Below, piece by piece: positions 36,570 to 49,352 of a stretch of 64,000 bases of DNA (position 1 is its first letter; every line of letters begins with the position of its first letter). The stretch spans positions 31,746,001 through 31,810,000 of the forward strand of contig OZ249440.1 in the NCBI GenBank assembly GCA_965235115.1, in the 5' to 3' direction. The DNA is from Laetmonice hystrix (Eukaryota). Made by a program: the position numbers and the translations under genes. The notes under the pieces were generated by a model. The model was not told where the DNA came from and searched no databases. It saw only the letters and a program-made list of their open reading frames with translations.

Positions 36570-38772
36570 ATCAGAGCGAGAGTCACATGATCATGGCACC
36601 TGTTCAAGCGATTCACGGCAGCCAATATGGCGGTATTCATCGTACTTTGCAGCCACTGGAGCTAATTTTTTAATTTCTCTACCATCAGTGAGAATTTTAC
36701 AGCTGTCTACTCACAGCACGTGTTAACAGAATCAATATGAAAACAATTAGGCCATAAAGTACGTCAGTGGTGAGCAGGTAAGCAGGAAACTGAAGATACC
36801 ATAAATGAGCCAAACCCTTTAATATGATGTCCAAATCAAGGTTACGAGTCACTATACCAAATTTCATGGGAATCCATCAATATTTGTTAAATGTTATGGG
36901 CCTTAGAAGCTCCACTAATCAGGTGCCAGTTGACCTACTTACAGTACCCTGATACTGACTATATGAACCCATGTTTAAAGTTTTATTGAAACCATCCTGA
37001 TTATTGCACTGAAACCAAATCCCAGGCTCAAACAATGAGAGACCAGCTGACCTACTTATATGCTGCATGGATTTCAATGTTGATTGTCAGAGATATTGGC
37101 CATATGAACCCATGTTTGAAATTTCATTGAATGTCATCGCTATTTTTTAAGTTATTGCACTGAAACCAAATCCCAAACACAACTAGCCATAACTGTGCCT
37201 CAAATCACAGTGGATCCCATCCCCCTTTACTGACGTTATAAGAAGTCAGTTAGAAATGACATTCATGAACATATCAATGTGACGTGGAGCTTTAGGTCAA
37301 AGTTGTAAACAGCTCACTAGTCAGATCATTTCGGTTAGTAATGCCTCGATTTAACTTCAACCATTTACAAGAAAACAGGGATGACATCATTATGACGCGA
37401 TCGGTCACATGACCTAATACATGATGTCCAAAGCAAGAGCACATATATATGACTTCCTATTGTGTTTTATAGGAACTATGACTCTAACTTCAACCATTTA
37501 CAAGTGATAGCCCTGACAAAATATTGATGACATCCTTATCATGTCATAGGTCACTTGACCTAAAAAATAATGGTATCAATTGAAGGAGCATATTCAACTT
37601 CCCATTCGTGTGTAATGTTAATAACTCTAACTATGGCTCTACCTTCAACCATTTACAAGTGATAGCCCTGAAAAAAGAGAGATGGCATCTTTATGACGTC
37701 ATAGGTCACATAACCTAAAAACATGGTGTCAAAAATAAGAACACATTTGACTTCAACTAGTTACAACTTATAGCACTGATTAATATGGATCACATCATTA
37801 TGACATCATAGATCATGCACAGTATAGAGAGACCTTCTATCTCCTCCCAAAGATTTTCAGCTAATCAGTGACCCAGAGCAAAGGAATTTGTTGACTGCAC
37901 AGTTCCAGGGATTCCCTGAAGACAGCACATTAGAAATGTACTGCAGCTCCAGGGGCCCGTCTTACTAATGTAGGTCGCCGCAATATTGCCGTCAGAGTCG
38001 CCAAATTTGCTGTTATTATGTATTGACTGGCCGTTTGGCGATGTTGCGTTCGGCGAGGAATATTCTTAGTAAGACGGGCCTCAGGAGTTTCACGGATCTT
38101 AGTTCGCCTGAACGCCACGGGGCGCTGCTGCTGTGGGAACTCTGTGAACCACAGCAGCATTATACTAGGCTAGGCAGTGGCAACTCCGGGATTCAGTGAA
38201 TCCCTCTACTGTAGCCTAGTGCTGAGCCCCTATTAAAGAAGCTGATTAGAATGTACCAAATTGCTGAATTTTGACATATATTGCATGTGTCCCAGGGTGG
38301 TCAATAAGTACTTACATGTAGGAATTTGTGACATCCGACTTAAATCCAATTCGCAAGCAGTGATTCCAAATCTATTCGATCAAATGCATAGCTAATGAGG
38401 TTTTAGGTCAGGGCACTTGCATCTCCTCTGAGTGACAGCGTCTGGCACTGCCCCATATACAAGTACAGCGAGTGGCCATAACCGTTCTCTGAGCCCTTTC
38501 AATCAAACCTGACACGCCTGTGCCCAGCATAAGTCTAGGTATCACATTAGTAAACACACACCACATCAGTGAGCAGGCCCTTTGAGACCAGGAGCAGTGA
38601 ACAATTTCTGAATCTCGTTGAAATCGCTGCTTATACGTTGCTACGGGAGTGTCAATAGTTTTTAAAGGCAGTCATTTTTGACATCCGACTTAAATCCAAT
38701 TCACATGCAGTAATTCATAATCTACAGATTGCAGTCGCATATCTAAGTAGGTTCTAGGTCAGGGCATCCCCT

Positions 38773-39060
38773 CAATCTAATTAAAATTAGATCTTGGTAT
38801 TCTGCGTCTCTCTCGGCTGTGTCAATGCTGCTGCGCTCCATACCTAGATCTAAGGAAATCCCATTAGGGGTCACCTCAGGTTGACCTCTGGATTCAGCCA
38901 ATTAGCGAGCCTACGAAATCTTCGGTGTGCGCTTGCAGGCATTTTCAACGTCAAACTCAAATCTGGGTCAAAGGGCAGCCTGAGGTGACCCCATACGGGA
39001 TGCCGTTAGATCCTAGTATGGAGCGCATGCGAAATAACAGATCTAATTTTAATTAGATTG
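38773..39060. mobile_element. palindromic MITE with 10-bp TSD
   Basis: TIR CAATCTAATTAAAATTAGATCT; GGCATCCCCT on both sides; empty paralogous site near 38410-38440. Confidence 0.88.
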
Positions 39061-40348
39061 GGCATCCCCTCTGAGTGACAGCGTATCCAAGTACATCGAG
39101 TTGCAAATGAACCCAACTGAAACAAATTCAAAGGCCTAACCCCCCAACCCGCTGGTCCATCCGAGCAAGCTATGGGTTGCAGCGGCCGCCGTAACTGTTC
39201 CCGGAGCCGTTTCAGTCCAAAACAAACATAAATTTTCTGAATCTCGTAGAAACTGTTGCTTTTACGTCTCTACGGTACTGCCAATAGTTTTTAATCTGTC
39301 TAAACTATCTCGAAACAATCAATACTCTTTGGAAAAAAACACTTTTGTAGGTTTACACCTAATAAGCCGCTTTAAGACTTATTGGGCCTCAAGAAAGCCT
39401 AAGGGTAAATCCATGAATAGGTGGACATGGACAAAAAGTACAAAACATTACTGTAGAAAAGATTCAACTGGTGCAGTAACATTATCAGACATGAAAGCTA
39501 CTAAAAATGACGGATTTGGTCTCTGGGACTTCACATATTTTTAATATGACTGTCACAGAGAAGTAACACTTGACTTTCATCAGAAACAGTAAAATTTTCC
39601 TGTATTCAACAGCTCCATGCTGATGCAAGACAAAATTTAGAAAAGAACAAAAATTTGTTTAAAAATCAGGTTATATTTGTGATACACGAAAACTCTTACC
39701 CTATTCAACCAGGCTGACTGCATGGATAATGTGAGGTGTTGGCTCATGGACTGGTAATTTAAGTTGACAAATTGTAACATCAGTCACACTATATCATGTA
39801 CATCATCAGTGAAATAAAGCAGCATTTTTCTTGTTTTTTCTTCTATGTACTTCAGTGGGATATGGTCTTGTAATATTATAATTAACAATTTTCTAGTTCC
39901 AGAAGTTTGAAGACAGATTTGAATCAAAGTTGGGCTCAAGACAGTGGCCTGCCGTGACGTCACGGGTAAGAATATAGATATAGAATCCCCCATGGTCGTA
40001 TCACTCCCACACCATAGCATTACGAAAACGGAAGTCCTTCCATCGGACTATTCGGCAGCGTACTGACTTGTGCCCAAAGTTGTCCAGATTTTTTCCATGT
40101 CCATTTTTCCTAACGTCAGTCACGCTTGAAACTTCCACCTCAACACAAAAGAAATATGGAGCTAATGATGAATTGTCATTATCTCCATGTCAAGCAAGAG
40201 CCAAGTATAGCAAGCCACAAAAATTGCAGGGAAGCAACTAATGGCATTGACAGCTGTACAGGTTTCTTTTTCACATAACCCTCAAATTTGTAACGTCAGT
40301 CACGATGGGTTTGCCCCTGAAGGGACCAGATATTTAGGCCTACACTTA

Positions 40349-40813
40349 GGCCAGAGTTAATTAATATTTCGGTTTACACACTTTTTGGACAGAGAACAAT
40401 GTCAATACTGAGGGAAAAAAAGAAAAAAAGAGCAATTGACTTTTTTTAATCAAAGTTTTATTTACATTGACAATTAAGGTTGGTAGGTGGTGAAAAAAAT
40501 GTATGAATAGGAAGAGTTTCTTGAAATAGAACATACAAATCAAGTCATTTGTAAAAATATGTTTAATATGAATTTACACAAATTCTGTTTGTGACATTGA
40601 TCATGTAGCTCTTTTATAGTCAAGCAATTTCAGCATATAAATATGATATTAAAAAGCCCCCGCAACAGAATAACAAAATTAAAAAATATCCCAGCAACAG
40701 GCACTGTTGGCGTGGACAAAAAAAATAAAACTGGTCTTAATTTTTTTTTCTTCCAAATAGCAGAAATCTCTGGTCGGCGGGCGCGTAAACCGAACTATTA
40801 ACAAAGTCTGGCC
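40349..40813. mobile_element. PIF/Harbinger-like MITE
   Basis: TTA TSD; TIR GGCCAGA...TTCGGTTTAC. Confidence 0.75.
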
Positions 40814-41965
40814 TTAAGGAACACTTAAGCCATTTTGATGGCAAACAAGACCAGTCTCCAACTATTTTTCATTGACTTCTTTTCTTGCTACATTGGCCAT
40901 TTATTGCCAGGGATATAGCGAGAGAACAAGGTTGTTTTTGGGCAACACAAGGTGTTGGTGGCTTTCCAATGATTTTCTCCTAATAATACAATATCAGAAC
41001 AATTATATTGATAAGCTGTCATTGGTGATTCAAAAGATTGGGACAACTGAATACTTGTTGCGCTGACTGTATTTTTCCATTAGGTCTTACTTCACTAGGT
41101 CCCTGGAGCCTGTTGCTATAGAAATCTGGTTTGTCGCTAGGCGACAAAAATTGCTATGGATGTCAAATGGCAATATTTAGAGGACGACTGAAGCTATAGC
41201 TATCTAGCTCAAACCAGTCTGGTGGAGCCTGTAAGAAATTGTTTTAAGTGTGTTGGTATCCCATTGCCAGGGAGGTCTGCCTACTTGGCTCTGCTTCTAG
41301 GCAACTGACTTCCCATTGGCACTCCCACGACTGCCCGACCCACTGGTCGCCAGCTTGATTACAAGGGTGTCCAAGACTCCAGGGCCCGTATGCATAAATG
41401 AGAGGTTAGCAAAACTGCAGTTTAACTCATCAGTTGTACCTCTGTCCATATGCATAAATGGGGTTCAGGAAAACCTGTGGTTTATAGTTACACCCGGAAG
41501 ATGGTTTAGCTTAAATTTTCGTAAACCAGGTTTTCGTTAAACCAAAGTATAGTTATACCTGGGCTTGTTTTTAATTTAAATTCAGCCTAGGTCATAGAAA
41601 ATAGCAGGAATTGAAAGAATATCAGCCATATCAACGTCTCTGATCAAAATTACACTTGCATGCTTGTCGCCCCCTCATATGTCTTCTCTCTGCACCAAAT
41701 CTGAAAGAATTTGAGACAGTTCTATGTTCTTATTGCTCCAAATGTCTTTACACCCAAGACTGCCACCAAGCAGCTATTTTGAAAAATATCAAAAATCTGT
41801 TTGAGAGTTATTGCCGGTATTTGAAATGTGTTTACACCTAAAATGGCCATCACATGGTTATTTTGAATCACACCAAGGTCTGCTTGAAGGTGATTCATCA
41901 TCATACGATACCGAATCATTGTGTAAAGTTTCATACAAATCGTTGCCCCAGGACAGTGGTGCCGG

Positions 41966-42545
41966 TGTGCCATGAAATATTGCAGTCATGAAATATTGCA
42001 GTAATGCGTAAAAATGCTGCAATATTTCATGACTGCAATATTTCATAGCCGGCATTATTTCATACCTATAGGCTATGAAATATTGCAGTCCGTGGAATAT
42101 TGCAGCATTTCATGACTGCAATATTTCATAGGCGGCATTATTCCATAGCTATAGCTATGAAATATTGCAGTCCGTAGAATATTGCAGCATCTCATGACTG
42201 CAATATTTCATAGCTATAGCTATGGAATAATGCCGCCTATGAAATATTGCAGTCTTGAAAAAGCCTAGTAGGCTACTGCAATATTCCACGGACTGCAATA
42301 TTTCATAGCTACAGGCTATGACATATTGCTGCCTATGAAATAATGCAGTGATGCAATACTGCAATATTTCATAGGCAGTAATATTTCATAGCCTGTACCT
42401 ATGAAATATTGCAGGATATGAAATATTGCAGTATTGCGTCACTGCAATATTTCATAGGCAGCAATATTTCATAGCTACAGGCTATGAAATATTGCAATGA
42501 CGCAATGCTGCAATTTTTTCATAGGCAACAATATTTCATAGTACA
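41966..42545. mobile_element. Ginger-like foldback element built from ATGAAATATTGCAG repeats
   Basis: CCGG|TGT...ACA|CCGG; motif repeated in both orientations. Confidence 0.75.
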
Positions 42546-43539
42546 CCGGCGTGAAAAACTTCTAGTTAGGCCTACTGTTAGGATAAAAAGTCAAGCATGC
42601 CGGATAGACTGAAAGTCTGGATGGTAGGCTTACCAACCTACATGTGTGATTCATAGTTGAATGATGGAGTAATTATCCCATCCCCTACAGGGGGATCGGA
42701 TCTTCAGATTGTGTGGTTTCGTCTTCCCTATTAATATTCTTTGCGTCGTAGTAGTAGTAGTAGTAGTAGTAGTAAATAGTGTGTCTATCTCAGTCAGTTT
42801 TCAAGATATCTCAATCAAATTTGGCACACATCTTGACCATGACAAGGACTGGTCAGACAATGAGTTATGACACCATGTGACGTCACGTCATGACGTCAAA
42901 GGTGTTCTGGACATTGGGGCCATTTTTAAAGTTCATATTGGGAATTTTCGAAACCCATCATGGCATTTTAATCAGGCAAGGGTCTAGCCTAACATGGACC
43001 CTTCATTTGTCGTTTGACCTTGAACTTTGGGAGAACTGGGTCCTAGGTCACAAATCTCTTAAATCGCTATTTCTTTTTCATTTTTTGGTCAAATTCAACA
43101 ATATTGGGTAGAGGGACTCTCTAACATGAGCTTGTTAAAAATTATCAATTGATAAGCCATTTGACTTATATTCACTGAATCACGTGACCTTGAATTTTGG
43201 AACAATTGTCAATTTAGGCCAAAAAATTCCCGGTTTCTGGTCCGAAGAACATTTCAAAAGTGGTGCGGTGACGCGGGTTTTTTTTTTTTTTTTAAAGATT
43301 TTTTTTTGGTGACAGCTGGCTAAAATGGTAAGCCTCATAAGAATTATCATGTAAAATGAACTCATAAACAAGGACCATGACCTTTGGTCTCATCGCTTTG
43401 CATACAACACACTTCCGTTGCAGTGTTAATCAGGGGGGGTGTCCACGTTCGCAGCGCCCTCTATACGACCAAACATAATAGCGGTCGCAGAGACCGAGCG
43501 TGCCAGTACCACGCCGGACTCGAGCTGAGCGTGAGCCGG

Positions 43540-45835
43540 TGTCATATGAAATTTGTACTGCGTGGAGAAAGTACTCCCCAGTACATATTTTATATGAAAT
43601 ATGTACTCCCCAGTACATATTTCATATGAAATATGTACTCCCCAGTACATATTTCATATGAAAAAGTTACTCCCCTTATGAAATATGTACTCCCCCAGTA
43701 GTACATATTTCATATAAAAAAAGGTACTCCCCTAGGACATAGGCTCTCTGGTTAGGGTACTGGGGGAGTACCTATTTCATATTAAATATGTACTGGGGGT
43801 ACCCTAACCAGAGAGCCTATGTACTGGGGGAGTACCTATTTCATATTAAATATGTACTGGGGGTACCCTATCCATCGGGCCTATGTACTGGGGGAGTACC
43901 TATTTCATATTAAATATGTACTGGGGGTACCCTAACCAGAGAGCCTATGTACTGGGGGAGTACCTATTTCATATTAAATATGTACTGGGGGTACCCTATC
44001 CAGAGAGCCTATGTACTGGGGGAGTACCTATTTCATATTAAATATGTACTGGGGGTACCCTATCCATCGGGCCTATGTACTGGGGGAGTACCTATTTCAT
44101 ATAAAATATGTACTGGGGGTACCCTAACCAGAGAGCCTATGTACTGGGGGAGTACCTATTTCATATTAAATATGTACTGGGGGTACCCTATCCAGAGAGC
44201 CTATGTACAGGGGGAGTACCTTTTTCATATGTAATATGTACTGGGGGTGCCTTTTCAATGCGCCTATGTACTGGGGGAGTACCTATTTCATATGAAATAT
44301 GTACTGGGGGTAACCTATCCAGAGAGCCCATGTACTGGGGGAGTACCTTTTTCATATGTAATATGTACTGGGTGTACCGTTTCCATAGAGCCTATGTACT
44401 GGGGGAGTACCTATTTCATATTAAATATGTACTGGGGGTACCCTATCCAGAGAGCCTATGTACTGGGGGAGTACCTATTTCATATGAAATATGTACTGGG
44501 GGTACCCTATCCATCGGGCCTATGTACTGGGGGAGTACCTATTTCATATTAAATATGTACTGGGGGTACCCTAACCAGAGAGCCTATGTACTGGGGGAGT
44601 ACCTATTTCATATTAAATATGTACTAGGTGTACCGTTTCCATAGAGCCTATGTACTGGGGGAGTACCTTTTTCATATGTAATATGTACTGGGGGTACCCT
44701 ATCCAGAGAGCCTATGTACTGGGGGAGTGCCTATTTCATATTAAATATGTACTGGGGGTACCCTAACCGGAGAGCCTATGTACTGGGGAGTACCTTTTTC
44801 ATATGAAATAGGTACTGGGGGTACCCTATCCAGAGAGCCTATGTACTGGGGGAGTACCTACTTCATATTAAATATGTACTGGGGGTACCCTATCCAGAGA
44901 GCCTATGTACTGGGGGAGTACCTTTTTCATATGAAATAGGTACTGGGGGTACCCTATCCAGAGAGCCTATGTACTGGGGGAGTACCTATAGTATTTCATA
45001 TTAAATATGTACTGGGGGTACCCTATCCAGAGAGCCTATGCATTGGGGGAGTACCTTTTTCATATGAAATAGGTACTGGGTGTACCGTTTCCATAGAGCC
45101 TATGTACTGGGGGAGTACCTATTTCATATGAAATATGTACTGGGGGTACCCTATCCAGAGAGCCTATGTACTGGGGGAGTACCTATTTCATATTAAATAT
45201 GTACTGGGGTGCCCTTTCAATGCGCCTATGTACTGGGGGAGTACCTTTTTCATATGTAATATGTACTGGGTGTACCGTTTCCATAGAGCCTATGTACTGG
45301 GGGAGTACCTTTGTCATATGAAATATGTATTGGGTGTACCCTTTCCATAGAGCCTATGTACTGGGGGAGTACCTTTGTCATATGAAGTATGTATTGGGTG
45401 TACCGTTTCCATAGAGCCTATACAATGTACTGAGGTGGGGGTATCATTTTCATATTAAAAATGTACCGGGTGTACCCTTTCCATAGAGTATATCTACTGG
45501 GGGAGTACCTTTTTCATACCTTTTCCGTAGAGATTAATTGACCTATTTCAAGGTCAAGGTCAAGCTCGAGATATAGGCCAAAACATTGTCGTTAGGGGCT
45601 AAAACCTTAACCAATCAGATGCAAGATGCAAATTACCTAACAATCACTGGAATACACCAATACCTTATTGAGGCACAGAAATAAGCATTGTCAGTTGTCT
45701 GTTGTCAGTTTGAAGTGAATCACATAAGTTATTCTTGGGATGAAGGATGGGAGTACAGATTTCATAGGGGGAGTACATTTTTCATTATGAAATATGTACT
45801 GGGGGAGTAGATATTTCACGGGAGTACTTCTGACA
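43540..45835. mobile_element. Ginger-like (TGT...ACA) non-autonomous element filled with a 64-bp satellite
   Basis: CCGG|TGTCA...TGACA|CCAG; subterminal repeats in inverted orientation. Confidence 0.7.
43757..45515. repeat. 64-bp tandem satellite (two ATGTACTGGGGG subunits), about 27 copies
   Basis: Unit ATGTACTGGGGGAGTACCTATTTCATATTAAATATGTACTGGGGGTACCCTATCCAGAGAGCCT; inverted copies at ~43570-43760. Confidence 0.95.
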
Positions 45836-47759
45836 CCAGCACTCCCGTGCGCCCTGCAGCCATGTTCACGCGTCGGACAGGATCTAGCCTTCACTCGTTT
45901 TTTAACAATTTTACCAGTCTGAGGTATTAAAAAACATGCTCCTATAGCTTTAGAACATATTTGAGCCTTTGTGGGTGGTAAGTTTGATAACGATTCCTGG
46001 CGCAGTGTATGAAAAATTACGAGTTGATTGTCGGCTGACACTGACAGCGACTCGAGCCCGGGTGCTTGCCGCGACTCGACGCAGGTACTAGCCGGACATC
46101 CCTGGCCGTCTCTCCGATACCAGTGGCAAAGACAGACTACCAAAAAGTGCTCTAATGACACAGAAATCTTGGAGCGCTTGCGAGCGGGGTTGAAGAATTA
46201 GATACAAAAAATGATGAGCTTTCCAACGGTGGTAACTGATTTTTTTATTGCTCGTCTAGTTAACGTATGGTCAGCGTCTAAAGTTAACCATTTTTTAGCA
46301 ATTTATCAGTCATGGCAGAATGGCGGACGACGTCCGATGAATTGGTTAAATATATATTTTTAGAGCACAAAAGCTCACAAATCTGATATAATTAGAAAGA
46401 AGATACTACTGTGTAAGCGACTCTAACTCGAATTTGGAAAATTGATTACGTTTTAACGTATAGACAGCATTTTTGTCAAAGCACTCGATTTTACTTTGAG
46501 TCTTCTCGGCCGCATTGTTTTGGTTCTCTATTATCGCTCGACCTAGATGGCGCTGCGAACGTGGATACCCCCCCTGAGTGTTAATGAAATATCCATTACA
46601 ACAATGGTTAGTTTCAAGCCTTACCACTAGGTGGCAGCACAATTCACAGATGAGGGCAAGAAAAAAAGCACCGATGCGCGGCATCTGAAGTGATGCACGC
46701 GCAGACCAGAAACCGGGAATTTTTTTTTTTGGCCTTAGATACCTATGCCTAGAATTTGTAAACGGTACTAGATAGGGGAATGGTTTATACTATTAAAAAC
46801 AGATAGGAAGTCATGCTGTTTTATTCAGGTATGGGATTGCAAAATGTTGAAAAATCCAACACCTGAGTGCCGGGGTTCTGGGGACCGCATAGGCCCCCAG
46901 GGGGGTCCAGGGGCAGCGCCCTGGTGGGAGTCCAAGGGGCGAAGCCCCAGGAAGCTCCTGCATTTTCAGATTTTTAAGGCGATTTTTTTGGTTCTAGCTG
47001 GCACCAGAATTTTTTTTCTACTAATAAGGAATGATATAATCGTTTAATGAAATCCAGGGGCGGATCCAGCTTTTTCCGTGAGGGGGGGTTCAATGTGTTT
47101 AGGGGCGACACAGATGTGACTGTACAAACGCCGAAGGTGCGAAGTCTGCAAGTGCCGAAGGCAAAAAGCCTTGCTAGGGTGGTCCGGGGGCATGCCCCCC
47201 TGAAGAACTTTGAAATTCAAGGTGTAATTTGTTGCAATCCTATGCATTTTGGAGCACAAAATAAGCTATTCAATGACCAATGTGACCAAGGGCAAAAGGG
47301 CCTCCTCAAGTCCAACAGCAACTTTGGCTATAGCATAAAATCATGCCGAGCGTAGCGAGGCAAAAACAATTTTTAGGTGGTTTTTATCTTGCGACTGAAA
47401 GAAAAAAACCTTCTAAATTATAATGTTTGAACCCCCTTAAAGGTCAAGTGCAAAGGTATCTGAATTCACGCAACTGAATGATGTCCCTAAGAGTTTAATT
47501 GCCAATAAAAACGAATCTTGTCCTTATTTAAGTTAAAACCCAAAATATTTCATAGTTTGAACAGGTTTTTAGTGGCATGTATTCTGATGCGCCGACCTGT
47601 GCCGCCTCGGTCGCTCTTAGGGTATTTCCGTCATGATCACGTGACGTGACGTAATTTGTGTCAAATAGCACAACTCTGGCACATCTAGCCACCATGGCCA
47701 CCGTCACTAATCTCACAAACGACTCCGCAGTTCTACGTCTTGAATACGAATTCTGCAAG

Positions 47760-47866
47760 ATGGTTTATTGTGTGGCACCCAACTGCCAAAACGGGTCTGC
47801 TTCGGGGGGTGGCACTGGCTTTTTCACCTTTCCATCAAACGCAGCTGTACGAAAATTGTGGATTGC
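47760..47866 (+). pseudogene. THAP zinc-finger N-terminal fragment
   Basis: MVYCVAPNCQN...FFTFPSNAAVRKLWI fits the THAP pattern Cx4C...FxFP...W; truncated. Confidence 0.8.
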
Positions 47867-48052
47867 CACCCCCGCCCTGTTGGCACTCCACACACAGGCA
47901 CAACAGACCCACCCACCTTGGTTGGGATCATGCTGATCCGCCCGGGGGAGGGGGGGGGGGGTAACCGCGGTTAACTGGGGTTGCAACCCCCGGGCCCCAT
48001 TACGACGTAATTTTTTCTGCTTCACCTTGAAAGGTTTAGGCCTACACAAAAC

Positions 48053-48825
48053 CAGGGATGAAAGTGGCCAGCTGTAAAATTTCCTGAAATTCTGACCGGG
48101 GGGGAGCGGCGGGGGCCAATGTCCATAATTAATATTTGTTCATGCGCACATCCAAGGCTTACCCCCCCCCCCCTTAAAAAAAGTCAGGCTAGGAACAGCA
48201 GACAATCATGATCCGATAAGGCCTCCTAGCTATTATATATTATAGGGCCTAGCCCTCAGTATTTAGTCGCGCATGGATATGGCATAATGGAAAGCCTGAA
48301 TCAACGGGCTTCGCAGCTGCCTGACCATCAGTTTTGCCTGAAGTCATTACCTGAGGTGAGTCGCTCTCACCACAGCGACACGGGGCCGGGCCTGCCAGAC
48401 GGGACAGACGCCACCGCGTGCCGGTAGAAGTCAGCCCACGCGGGCCGGTCTATGTGAGCGATGTCACCACAGCTACAGGGACCGCGGGCGGTACACCAGC
48501 ACCCCCGGCAGACCGGCCTATGCACGGCGGCACCCGTGACACTGGACGGGTTTGAGACACTCTAATATCCCCATCTATAAACGAACTTTGGCAGGTAGAG
48601 ATGCATGGTGTAAAAAACGTCCTGGAAGGGGATATTGTTTCATTTGATATTAACAAATAAAATTGCCCACCACACAGTCCAGGGCAATACTTAGCCTTGG
48701 CTTAGGCCTGCCTCTTTTGCCTATAGATCTAGGCCTATTTCCTTTTTTGGGTGTTATTTCTTGGGGGGGGGGGATTTTTTCAAATTTCCTGATTTCAGGA
48801 AATTTCCTGAAAACTTTCATCCCTG
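48053..48825. mobile_element. CAG...CTG element with 6-bp TSD CAAAAC
   Basis: TIR CAGGGATGAAAGT. Confidence 0.75.
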
Positions 48826-49154
48826 CAAAACATAGTCATAGGCCTAGCCCTAGGCCTACTCAAGTCTCAACCCCCCTCGCCGATACCGATCTAGGCCTAC
48901 TTATAGCGTCCCTAGACGTTGCCAGTTGGACTTGGAGCATGTCGGATTGTCGCTTTGGGCTTGGCAGTCATGCCTCCATGGCCACTCTGGCTTGAGTCAA
49001 GAGTGGAGTTGAGCAAGCTTGAATCCCTGAGTCGGCCAATATAAAATAGGCCTATTAAATTGCCAATGAAGATGAAACCTTAGTCAATTTTAATAGCCTA
49101 CAATGACCTACCTCGCGGGAAGCCAAGATTAATGCACCACGTGACCAAGTCTTA

Positions 49155-49352
49155 CGCTCTCTCCTCACTGGACGCGTGCGACGCGAGCGACGCGCGCGTT
49201 TATTTTAGAAGTATTTGAAATGAATGGAACCATCTGCACTAGCCGCGCGCGACGCGCGCGACATTTTTTGTGACGCGCTCCATTCATTTCCATTACTTCT
49301 TTAAAAAAACGCGCGCGTTGCTCGCGTCGCACGCGTCCAGTGAGGATACAGC
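49155..49352. mobile_element. palindromic Harbinger-like MITE
   Basis: Long inverted arms TCCTCACTGGACGCGTGCGACGCGAGC; TTA flanks. Confidence 0.75.

Larger units (their letters stand above)
43431..46576. mobile_element. non-autonomous TIR element with 9-bp TSD
   Basis: ~28-bp TIR CAGGGGGGGTRTCCACGTTCGCAGCGCC; AGTGTTAAT duplicated at 43422 and 46577. Confidence 0.85.

Noticed and set aside
43947..45350. MYWG-repeat ORFs
   Set aside because: Translations of the 64-bp satellite
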